Shown here in pieces: positions 53,482 to 64,000 of a stretch of 64,000 bases of DNA. Source of the DNA: Eledone cirrhosa (lineage: Eukaryota); the NCBI GenBank assembly GCA_964016885.1, contig OZ024743.1, forward strand, positions 30,070,001-30,134,000, read 5' to 3'. The notes below the pieces were generated by a model, which was not told the DNA's origin, did no database searches, and saw only the letters and a program-made list of their open reading frames with translations. The stretch's first letter is position 1. The number at the start of each line of letters is the position of its first letter. A program made the translations under genes and the position numbers.

Positions 53482-53577
53482 ATTCTCCAGAAGGGCCGGT
53501 AGATAGGTAAATATTGCTGATGAGTTGTAACAACAACGAAACTAGTTCAATATTCCTTGTCTGGCTTTCTGGAGAAT
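53482..53577 (+). ncRNA. Type I hammerhead ribozyme (family K)
   Basis: Identical motif; CTGATGA at 53517-53523. Confidence 0.88.
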
Positions 53578-55082
53578 AGAGGGAAGGTGTTCCCCCGAAA
53601 ACCAGTATGACTCTAAAAACCGGTTTGTCTGTGTGTTTACATACAGAATAGCTGGGTTGCTCACAGTAAAGCAACCAGTGAAAGACTTGTTACACCTACA
53701 TATGTATACGTGTGTGTATTCATATACGCACTAGTATTTCAGTATGCATATGTAGATGTACGTTTTTAACTTAATTGTTTAAGCGTCAGTCATACAAAAG
53801 TGAGTTACAAACGAAACGAAATTTAATTTCGTTTCGTTATTTGTTTTTATATATGAATATATAAGTTAAAACAATGAAATAAAAAATCAAGACATTAGAG
53901 ATATACTTCACTGCGTTACGATCGTTTCTAGATGGTGATAATACATTGTATCTATACTCAGTTATTGATCTATGTAAGTTTACAAACTATCAGATAGAGA
54001 GAATATTTACTTACACGCATATCACCAGCTGTTTTCAAAAGCAATACTAATTTTATTCAATAATAATTTTACTCAGAATTAGTATAATGTCCCTATTTGG
54101 AGGTAGTTGAAGAACGAACGAATCAAATTGTTTTTTTTCATATGGTGTTAAGATGAAAAGTAATACACTTTAGTTGAGGTCATGACCCTTTGAAAGGAAT
54201 GGTTGAAAGGTGTTAGTAGAAATGGCATAAACATCTATTATGAAGGAAGGGGATTGTCAAACTGATAGTTGAATGTATCTTCTATAGTGAATTTAAAAGG
54301 AATGTCAAAATAAATGGTGATTAGTGTTGTATTGACTTTTAAGGTGTATATAAATTAATGTTATGGCTAGGAAAGATAGTATATTAAAATATGAAAATTA
54401 TTATAAGATAATGTGATATAGTAATGCGATAATATACAACTTAACCAACAGAATATAGTACGGTATGTTAAATTACACTCAGTATAATGTAACATATTAT
54501 ACGCTCTAAAATATTACTAAGTATGTTTATGCATAAACAATCAAACTCAGATAAGTACATGTTGGCATAGTTAAAACACATACATTTCATAGTCTACAGA
54601 GTGCATATATTCACACCACATATATAGAAAGGTACAGTTATATTGATATCTAACCAAAATATACATACGTGCAAATAGATGCAAACCTAAATTCATATCC
54701 ACACGCGTGCATATAATCAGATATATACATATCCATACATATCTATATCCACACACACATCTATACCCCCATATATACATATACATATACAGATAGATAC
54801 ACATATACACATACATATACACATACATATATATATATATATACACACACATACATACATACATATAACATATACATACATATAGACACACACATACATA
54901 CATACATACATATATGCATACACATATACACATATATACATATATATACACATATATATATATATATTAATAAAAGGAATTCCAACTTTGTCTGATTTCC
55001 TCGTTTTATTTACAATCCTTTAACATTTATAATGGTATTATAATGAAATAGTATGATAGAATATTAAATGTTAAGTGTTAAT

Positions 55083-55121
55083 TGAACAAGTACTTTCATG
55101 CTTTCGCAATCTTCAGCTTCA
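55083..55121 (-). ncRNA. Minimal type I HHR (separate family)
   Basis: Minus strand: tgaag-CTGAAGA-t-tgc-gaaa-gca-t-GAAA-GTAC-TT|gttca; palindromic AAGTACTT; one stem I mismatch. Confidence 0.6.
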
Positions 55122-55159
55122 TAATGTGTGGTGACAGTCAAGTTTGCAATTTTCAATAA

Positions 55160-55216
<57 letters not shown>

Positions 55217-55274
55217 CATACACACACACATATATATATATACATATACAATACACACACAAACATACACACAT

Positions 55275-55318
<44 letters not shown>

Positions 55319-55404
55319 TTGTGTGAGCATGTGTGCACTCCTCTTGCATGTGCACATACTCATAAATAAATATTCATACACCTATACTCACATACACACA
55401 CACA

Positions 55405-55460
<56 letters not shown>

Positions 55461-55469
55461 CATTCACAT

Positions 55470-55514
<45 letters not shown>

Positions 55515-55544
55515 TATACACACCCATATATATGTTAATATGCA

Positions 55545-55986
55545 TGTTAATATGCATAAGGAAAGTGTATACTTTCAGACTTTCAACCATCTGGCAGGAA
55601 GGTATACGATGCTGAGGATAGCTAATAAGCTTGAAACTAGTACATCGTTCCTGTGTCAGTGTTGAACAAGAAGGTGACGTGGTTGCCTAAACACCGTACG
55701 GCGTAATTCGGGCTGTTTGTTTGTTTACAAACAAACAAACCGTGCATTATAATAAAGTACCAGTAATGCACTGGGTTATTGCTGGCCTTGTGCCTAAAGT
55801 AGAAACAATTATAATAAATGTTCGGTAAACCGATACGTGCATACATATGTGTGCATGTATGTATATATATGCATACTACTGTACGTCTGTATACATATAT
55901 GTTTGTACGTATACATACATACATACTTACATTTAAGTAAGTGCCGTACTAAGAGTGAGAAATGAAATTTCGTTTCATTCTATTCT
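55545..55986 (+). mobile_element. HHR-element family A monomer carrying a nested SINE fragment (55751-55811)
   Basis: Colinear with 2720-3090 apart from the SINE insert (TSD attataataaa); microsatellite flanks. Confidence 0.8.
55582..55666 (+). ncRNA. Type I hammerhead ribozyme (family A)
   Basis: acgatg-CTGAGGA-t-agc-taataa-gct-t-GAAAC-TA-GTA|catcgt; extended stem I ttcaac..ctggca..gga / tcc..tgtcag..gttgaa. Confidence 0.8.
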
Positions 55987-56140
55987 ATATATATATATGT
56001 ATGTATATATACATATACATATATATATATATGCACATATATATATATGCACATATTTATATATGTATGTATATACATATATATGTATATATACATATAC
56101 ATATATATATATATGCACATATTTATATATATATATATAT

Positions 56141-57758
56141 ATATTAATACAATAACAGAGAAAGCTTTACGCTAAACTCCGACTGGTAACCATCTCACTC
56201 AACAAACATTAGGTTATACGTTAGTATAAACCCAATTTAGTGTCTGGGGTGCTAACTATATGTATTTTGTGGAAAGCCAGTTGTATTATTTTATATGAGA
56301 TATAATTAAAATTAAAATATATCTCTCTTTCCAAACAATTGTTTCATTATAAGTATTCTACAAGTTGGGAGAATATTTCCAGTTTATGTAGAAGCCTAAT
56401 ATATTTTCATGTAAGAATACAATTAGATGGGCACTTATAAATCGTCAGTGGAAGCCCATTAAACTTTGATATAAGAAAAATTTCTTACCGCAGTTAATTT
56501 TCGTGTCTGCTAATTCGTCCCTTCACGCATCGAATAACCGCCAAATTTGAAATTCCAGCAGTCCTTTGACTGAGGAAGTATCATAGCGTCATGAAGCGGG
56601 AAAGGGAGAAATCACGAGTCACGAGAAAAGAAAAATAATATACACGTAGTTTAATTAGTTTTTTCAAAAACATTATCAATCCTTCGTGTTAAGAAATCAA
56701 TTAATTTAAAAAAAATAAATGTATGCGTGTATTAATTACACGCGCATATAGATATTTTCTTTGGCTAAAAACAGAGAAGTGATACCTGAATAACGAACAA
56801 TATCTCACAACTGTAACAAATACGGAAAGTTACGCCTTAAAAGACATTTGGGAATGTAAATCTCTGGCCAAATTAAGAGTAAAATATTTAATACACGCGG
56901 GTTAATTAGTTATTTCAAAACCAATATCAATTCCGCGTGTTAAGAACTCAATTAATTTTTAAAAATAAATGTATGCATGTAATTATTTACACACGCATAT
57001 AGATATTTTCTTAGGCTAAAAACAGAGAAGTGATAACCAAAAAACGAACAATATATCATAACAGTAAGAAATACAGAAAGTCATGTGTATAAGGTACCTG
57101 GAAATAAAAATCTCTGGCCAAATCAAGAGTAAAATATTAATACAATAACAGAGAAAGCTTTACGCTAAACTCCGACTGGTAACCATCTCACTCAACAAAC
57201 ATTAGGTTATACGTTAGTATAAACCCAATTTAGTGTCTGGGGTGCTAACTATATGTATTTTGTGGAAAGCCAGTTGTATTATTTTAAATGAGATATAATT
57301 AAAATTAAAATATATCTCTCTTTCTAAACAATTGTTTCATTATAAGTATTCTACAAGTTGGGAGAATATTTCCAGTTTATGTAGAAGTCTAATATATTTT
57401 CATGTAAGAATACAATTAGGTGGGCACTTATAAATTGTCAGTGGAAGCCCATTAAACTTTGTTATAAGAACATTTTCTTACCGCAGTTAATTTTCGTGTC
57501 TGCTAATTCGTCCCTTCACGCATCGATTGACCGCCAAATTTGAAATTCCAGCAGTCCTTTGACTGAGGAAGTTTCATAGCGTCATGAAGCGGGAAAGGGA
57601 GACAATCACGAGTCACGAGAAAAGAAAAATAATATACACGTGGGTTAATTAGTATTTTCAAAAACATTATTAATCCTTCGTGTTAAGAACTCAATTAATT
57701 TTAAAAAAATAAATGTATGCGTGTATTAATTACATACGCATATAGATATTTTCTTAGG

Positions 57759-57760
<2 letters not shown>
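56141..57760. repeat. 993-bp tandem repeat (1.6 units) with internal ~250-bp subrepeat
   Basis: atattaatacaataacagag at 56141 and 57134; (TA)n on both sides; no ORF. Confidence 0.9.
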
Positions 57761-57797
<37 letters not shown>

Positions 57798-58045
57798 GTT
57801 ATGCAAGAAATGGTACCTGTTTTATTATTCATTCTTTATCTACACTCCGGAATACAGAAGAATCGGAAACCGAGCTTCTTTAACTATCCGTCCATAACTC
57901 GTTGAGTAACCCCTCGCCGTACGTCGACTCTATCTAGTGTAATAATTAACAATTACTGCATTCAGGATAATCCTAACTATTTTTTGCATAACCTAATAAT
58001 TGCCTCCTGCACAGTTGAGTCACCACTCCGACATACGGCAATGAT

Positions 58046-60373
58046 ATGGAAATACATCATATAGGTATGTTACTTAAAAACATACCTATACTTGACAAAA
58101 GGGAATACATTCTTGGTATGATACAACGTACTAATGACTTTATTCGGCACGTAAGATGGAAAGCTTTCCATTTCGATAAAGGACATGCTAGTCACTTGTT
58201 TTGGATTAATCAATGAATCATATGGCTTTGGATCATGTAAAAAACCACCCACAAACCCCCATATCGATGCTTTCGAACAAGACTTGATGAATATCATGAA
58301 GATCAAGTTTACTAAACATAGAAGGAATGCGCTGCAGAACGACATGAAATCACTACTCCGAAGACTGCAAAATACTAAAGGGATTGTTGTGAAAACTGAT
58401 AAGAACTCTAATGTGTATACCATGGATATCGATACATACAACGGCTTCATACGTAAGGAACTACATAGGAAATATAGGAAAACAAGTGTAACTACACTAA
58501 CGAACATTAACAACGAAGCATATAAACTAGTGAACAATCTCAAGATAGACGATAGAACCGAGCCGATTATACATGCAACCCCCACCTTTAACCTGAAGGA
58601 CCATAAGGTAAATTTTGACTCTAACCCTAAGATTAGACTTATATGCCCTTCTAAATGAGATATAGGAAAAATTAGCAAACATATACTTGACAGGGTAATA
58701 ACTCAATTGAAAAAGAAAATAGAAATTAAATTATGGGGCAACAGTAGCGAAGAAATTCGCTGGTTTAATAACGTAAAGAACAAGAGTAAGTCTAAGTTTA
58801 TACAATTCGATATAAACGAATACTACTCTTCAATCTCACCCAGTACTTTACGTAAGGCCCTATCGTTTTGCCAAGGTCAATTCTGACCTAATGGAAGACG
58901 AAATTAATATTATTCTAGAGACTAGGAAAATTATTATCAAGTTTGATAACTGCTACTGGGAGCGTAAGGACAGACCCACTAACTTCGACATGACCATGGG
59001 CTCCAATGATTCAGCGGAGGTCACGAATCTTGTGGGAATTTACATAGCCCACATACTACATTGAAAATGTTATAATCTACAGGGGGAATATATAGAACTT
59101 AAATAACCAAAATCTTGAAAGGCTACGAAAATACATTAGGAAATCGTTTAGCGAACTGGCTCTGAAAATAACGTACGAATACAATCTTAAAGTAGTAAAC
59201 TTTCTAGACGTAACATTTAATTTAAATACAGGACTGATACGACCCTTCCACAAGATAAACGAGAACCTTACCTATATCAATTTTAACTCGAATCACCCAC
59301 TTTTCATGATGAAATCGGTTCCTAGTAATATTTCTCCCAGAATCTCTCGCCTATCGTCTAACTCTCAGATTTTCAGTGAACATGCCGAATACTATAATAA
59401 CGCATTAAGGAATGCAGACCACCGGGATAAAATAGAATACATTGATAAGAATCTCCATAGCACAAATAGTAACACACGAAATCAAAGAATATGTAACCGG
59501 GGTACAGAAATACAAGCGTACACACGCAATGCCACCAGACATACTACTAATAATAGAAAATCATCACTAAACTGAAATAAATTACGTTCTAGAAGGTATA
59601 TCAGGTATAATCCCATTTTTAATGCTTTGATTAGTACGAAACTTTCTCTTTCATTCTTTAAGTTAATTAACAAGCATTTCCCTAATTCCCATAAATACAG
59701 TAACATTCTAAACTCTAAGACTGTTTAAGTTATCATAGTCCACTGCACCAAACCTTGAAGTATACATGAACAAAAACTTAACTTAAAGCAATTATTAAAC
59801 AACACTACAAAACAAAATATTTTAGAAAGAGATGGGCATAATGTAATATCAGCCTCCCAACCACCAAATGGGAGCCGGGTATTACAAAACCCACCTGAAC
59901 TGTTATCCCAACCTATCCATGGTACTACTGTTACCCATAAGAAAAACTGCAACTGCCACCTACCCGAAAGATGCCCATTGAAGAATAAATGCCTAGAGTC
60001 CCACATTGTTTATCAATGCTCTGTCGAATCAAACGACCAGAAATGGTATTACATCAGGTCTACCACTACCTCCTTTAAATCTCGATGGTATCGTCATCGA
60101 TTTTCGATTACACATCCTGAACACCGTTTTCTAACCACGCTCGCCAATAAGACCGGGCAACTCCGTGAATACAACTGATAGTTCACCTTGAAATGGGATA
60201 AATTATCCAGCGCTACTGCATATCGGAGTGGATTGACGTACTGCAGATCATGCAACCTTGAACTCTTTTATATCTTGAAATCTAAAAACAACTTACTAAA
60301 TGACAGAATCGAACGATCGTTATACTGCAACCACAAAATGAAGGCTAAATTTTCTCACTATAAAATAACTTAA
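58046..60373 (+). pseudogene. PLE RT-GIY-YIG polyprotein with many stops and frameshifts
   Basis: LKNIPI..RWKAFHF, VKTDKNSNVY, LKDHKVNF..RLICPSK, FDINEYYSSI, FDMTMGSNDSAEV, VNFLDVTFNL, CNC..CPLKNKCL..IVY..YI, CRSCNLE..LLN.R.E..CNHK. Confidence 0.85.
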
Positions 60374-60939
60374 TATATGAACCCGAGACTACTACACCAC
60401 TTTCTCGCTAACTAATTTCATTCAATAACTACTTCCTAACTATATAACCCCCCCTCCCGACCCACAAGTACCTTGCTTATCATAATAAATGGATACTTAG
60501 GTGCGATCACCAAACTACAACTACGAACTCAGTGTATACCGCCTTTCCTTCCCCTTCTCTTAGCCTCTTTCTGTCCTCTCACTCTCTCTATTTCTCTCTC
60601 CCTCTCGCCCTCTGTCTATCTCCCTCCTTCTCCACATCTATCAACCTGCTCTCTCTGGCAATAAAAAATTCCAAACTTGACAATATTAACACAATGCCTA
60701 AGTTGTCACTTTGAGAGTAAGCAATATAATAAAACCACTTGTTGCACCTCTATCACAAGATGTTGATTAAACTATCTGTATTCTTCAAACCACTCTCTCC
60801 CATTTCTCCGACCCCTACATATATCTCTCTCTCACTCCCCCTCTCTCTCCCTCTCCCCTTCTTTCTCTCTTCCTTTTATACTCTATCTTCCCCAATAACT
60901 CCCTTTAAGAAATACAACGGAACTTACACTTTAGCCATT

Positions 60940-61059
60940 TGCTCTGAAGACACGGTAGGGTAAACAGCTTTTGAAAATTGAATATCTGCAAATAAATAAA
61001 TACCAATTTGCACATAGCATGACTAGGCTGTGTAACTACTGTAGAAACATCTGTAAGCA
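60940..61059 (+). ncRNA. Type I HHR with ~93-nt stem II in the PLE 3' region
   Basis: tgct-CTGAAGA-c-acggtag..acagc...gctgt..ctactgt-a-GAAAC-ATCT-GTA|agca. Confidence 0.7.
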
Positions 61060-61108
61060 CTCGTAATAAATTATCTTTTTATGATGTCTACCTGTTTTAT
61101 TATTCTTT

Positions 61109-61158
<50 letters not shown>

Positions 61159-61165
<7 letters not shown>

Positions 61166-61477
61166 TTCAAAATATTAACAACATAGATATTCTTGTGATA
61201 AATATATTTTATTATACATATTTCAGAGGTACTGAATTAAGTTCAACAGTACGTCCTTATCAGATAAAATAAAATGATACATGACATACCCTGACATATC
61301 AGATGGTTAAGATTTAGTCAAAATCTTAACCATCTGATATGTCAGGGTATGTCATGTATCATTTTATTTTATCTGATAAGGACGTACTGTTGAACTTAAT
61401 TCAGTACCTCTGAAATATGTATAATAAAATATATTTATCACAAGAATATCTATGTTGTTAATATTTTGAATTAATAT
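61159..61477. repeat. Perfect palindrome, ~157-bp arms, with degenerate HHR in each arm
   Basis: Loop agtca at 61316-61320; ttttat-CTGATAA-..gtactg/cagtac..-GAAA-tatgta-TA|ataaaa at 61367-61429. Confidence 0.85.
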
Positions 61478-61905
61478 TAATCATTCTGGAAAATCTTTTT
61501 TGTTGAGTGGTTCCAATCTATTGTAAAACTCATTCTGTGATGTATGCATTGAACCATGTTTAACTTTTAAATATATGTATATATATATATATATATATAT
61601 AAGTTATTCTGGGTTGAATCACAGGTAACCACAGTAAGTAAGCTACTCGATATATAGTAAAGTATAATATTTTTAATATAGAAAAGTTTCTACAGGACTA
61701 GAACTGTTTCAGTCGTGAGAAATTATCAGGAAGCTGACTGTCCAAGTAAATTTGTTGGTATTGCTATCTTAGGTGGTAGAAGAGGGTGGGGCTTGGGATG
61801 GGTGGAGGTCACTGGTTGAAAGAAAAGGGAATTCTTTAAAAGCTAATTCTTTAAAGCTATAATTCATATTTAGAGTGACAAAGGCAGAAATAATTCTATG
61901 AACTT

Positions 61906-62041
<136 letters not shown>

Positions 62042-62720
62042 TTTCGTATTAATTTTTTCATATTTATCGTACGAGCATTTATGTAGTTTGCATTAGAATT
62101 TATGTATTGTAGCGGTACTCTTATATATCGTATTAGCATTCATTTTCGTGACTCTGAATTATTATTTCGTGTTAGTTTTTTTTTTTTTTTAGCATTTTGG
62201 CCCCCTACTTGTCCTGTCATTGTAAGATAGATTTGGCCGATTACTACTAACTCATAAAATTCTTTCACTACAATCTCGTATTTAGTATTCCGTCCCACCT
62301 ATTAAACTTTTCTATAGTTGAGAGATTTGATAATTGTGGTAGTGGAATCGTAACCAGAAATTGTGTTTTTTCATACTTTTAACATTCTTATTTTTCTATA
62401 TATTTACTCCATATAGATTTACTTATTGTTTCGACTTCTACCCCCTCCCCCTCTCTAGTATACTTCTCTTGACCTCTTATCCTTAGGATTTGGCTGTAGT
62501 TGTCACTTTCAACGAACGACTGGGTTTCCTCCACTCCCTCTCCCTCATTCTTCTACTGGCAAGTTCAGCTAACCCTTCCTTCCACAAAATGCCATGATAG
62601 AATTATGTGTCTCAACAACAAACTTTTGACCAATCCTTGTGAAAATCACTTTTACCATATATGGAATTACTCCCTGAGAAGCTCGGCTATTCATTTACCA
62701 GGATAAAAATATTTCATTTA

Positions 62721-62855
62721 GTCCAGAATTAGCCGTCGAAACGGCTTGAGCTCAGCCGTCGGCGTCCTACTCGTTCCTATTACCCACTCTACTACCCTAA
62801 GTATTGATTACTTGGGTGCTTATGGTCCATCTGGTTCCTTACCACATTTCCTTCG

Positions 62856-62856
<1 letters not shown>
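62721..62856 (+). mobile_element. Family C copy without fold-back arm
   Basis: Starts at the position that is the hairpin loop in the other two copies; ends in (TA)n. Confidence 0.7.
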
Positions 62857-62893
<37 letters not shown>

Positions 62894-62954
62894 GCTCATA
62901 TATACAGATACATACATACATATACACATATACACATTATTTCTTTACATGTGC

Positions 62955-63314
62955 CTTTTAATCTTATAGCCTGGTTTAATTCGTTTCTGGCGGGGATCAT
63001 TTAAGAAAAATCTTTGTCCAAGTAAGTTTGTTTCCTGATGAGTTCGAAACTCGAGAATTTATCCTTGATTGGATATTTCCGAAAGCCATACCCTAAGGGT
63101 AAAAACGTAATCCTGGTATGTGCATATGCATTTTTTCTTCTAACTTTAATTCTATACCTAATTGTGTATGGTTGCCGATATATTTAATCGATTTCCACGT
63201 GCTATTGAAATGATGGGTAAATATTATATGGCTTTTGGTCGCGAATAAATGGGTATCGTTTATTTATCTATTATTTCTTCACAGGTGGCTTTTAATCTTA
63301 TAGCCTGGTTTAAT
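62955..63314 (+). repeat. ~334-bp unit bounded by 26-bp direct repeats, with a CTGATGA core-like motif
   Basis: cttttaatcttatagcctggtttaat at 62955 and 63289; CTGATGA at 63035-63041. Confidence 0.5.
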
Positions 63315-63474
63315 TGTTGTTTTGTGTGGTTGATTATGTTGATTGGGAGAGGAATTGAGTATATATCTTATCAAATGATTCTAAGAACATAATTTATAGT
63401 ATATTGAGCCACATCGTGAATGGTTACCAAAAACATATCTATAACTTTATCTAGTTTGTGTATGTGTAAATCTT

Positions 63475-63567
<93 letters not shown>

Positions 63568-63590
63568 TTATATATATATACATATATATG

Positions 63591-63624
<34 letters not shown>

Positions 63625-63647
63625 CATACATATATATGTATATATGC

Positions 63648-63678
<31 letters not shown>

Positions 63679-63737
63679 CATATATATATATTATAAAAAT
63701 AGACAAAGAAGCCTTCAATACATCAAAAGTCTTTATT

Positions 63738-63780
63738 AGTCTACAATGTTTCGTCCCATTAATAAGGACTCATCAGGGCA
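63738..63780 (-). ncRNA. Minimal type I HHR with canonical core
   Basis: Minus strand: gcc-CTGATGA-GTCC-ttattaatg-GGAC-GAAAC-ATT-GTA|gac then AATAAA; one stem I mismatch. Confidence 0.7.
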
Positions 63781-64000
63781 ATTAAACAGACAAGAAGCAT
63801 TAACGGCCAGAACAAGCCAAAACTCAGAAGAATAGGGAATTCATATCAATGAAAGCTTATGAGAGATATGAAGGAAAAGCATGCTAAAGCTAAAAGTGTG
63901 CAGTTACAAATATGGACTATAGGGCAAGAAAGTGCTTTTATATTTTTATATTATTATATTATTTATTATTATAATATTAACATTTATATATCATATTATT

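Larger units (their letters stand above)
51985..53850. mobile_element. HHR-element family K: 467-bp unit, ~1.8 copies on minus then ~2.2 copies on plus
   Basis: Exact 467-bp period on both arms; junction 52806-52838 with (gaacaatttgca)x2; candidate TSD atatatgaata (51975-51985 / 53849-53859). Confidence 0.92.
57793..61111 (+). mobile_element. Near full-length decayed Naiad-like Penelope element
   Basis: Inserted in (TA)n; short 5' inverted repeat (57793-57810 vs 57980-57997); RT plus GIY-YIG remnants; 3' HHR and AATAAA. Confidence 0.85.

Noticed and set aside
52091-53674. Four copies of a 65-aa ORF (MLYCEQPS...)
   Set aside because: Non-ATG start, antisense to the ribozyme strand, no recognisable motif; recurrence is explained by the DNA repeat.
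51985-53850. CRISPR-like or simple satellite interpretation of the repeats
   Set aside because: No repeat-spacer structure; eukaryotic context; the orientation switch and candidate TSD indicate a single insertion.
61695-61740. HHR in family D (minus strand CTGATAA...GAAACAGTT)
   Set aside because: Core mutated in both copies, and stems I and II do not pair convincingly.

Overview
AT-rich, microsatellite-dense animal genomic DNA. The SINE type and (TA)n/(AAT)n density suggest a cephalopod or other mollusc (inference). No host protein-coding gene is recognisable, and most ORF-track entries are translations of microsatellites. Coding remnants are all mobile elements: a near-complete Tx1/L1-type LINE (-), a stack of four R4/Dong-type RLE retrotransposons in (AAT)n (+), two families of Penelope-like elements (PLEs, one Naiad-like), a Chapaev3-like transposase relic, two non-autonomous Helitrons, MITEs and tRNA-derived SINEs. 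The most striking unexplained signal is about 18 type I hammerhead ribozyme (HHR) motifs, read by eye, from about 10 sequence families. Most sit in short non-coding units (about 430-525 bp where a unit can be measured) arranged as tandem multimers plus a fold-back inverted copy and embedded in (TA)n tracts, e.g. the 467-bp array at 51985-53850 and the ~515-bp array at 16256-17433. These look like non-autonomous, PLE-mobilised, retrozyme-like elements, possibly replicating through circular RNA. Ribozyme activity and mechanism are inferences, not demonstrated.
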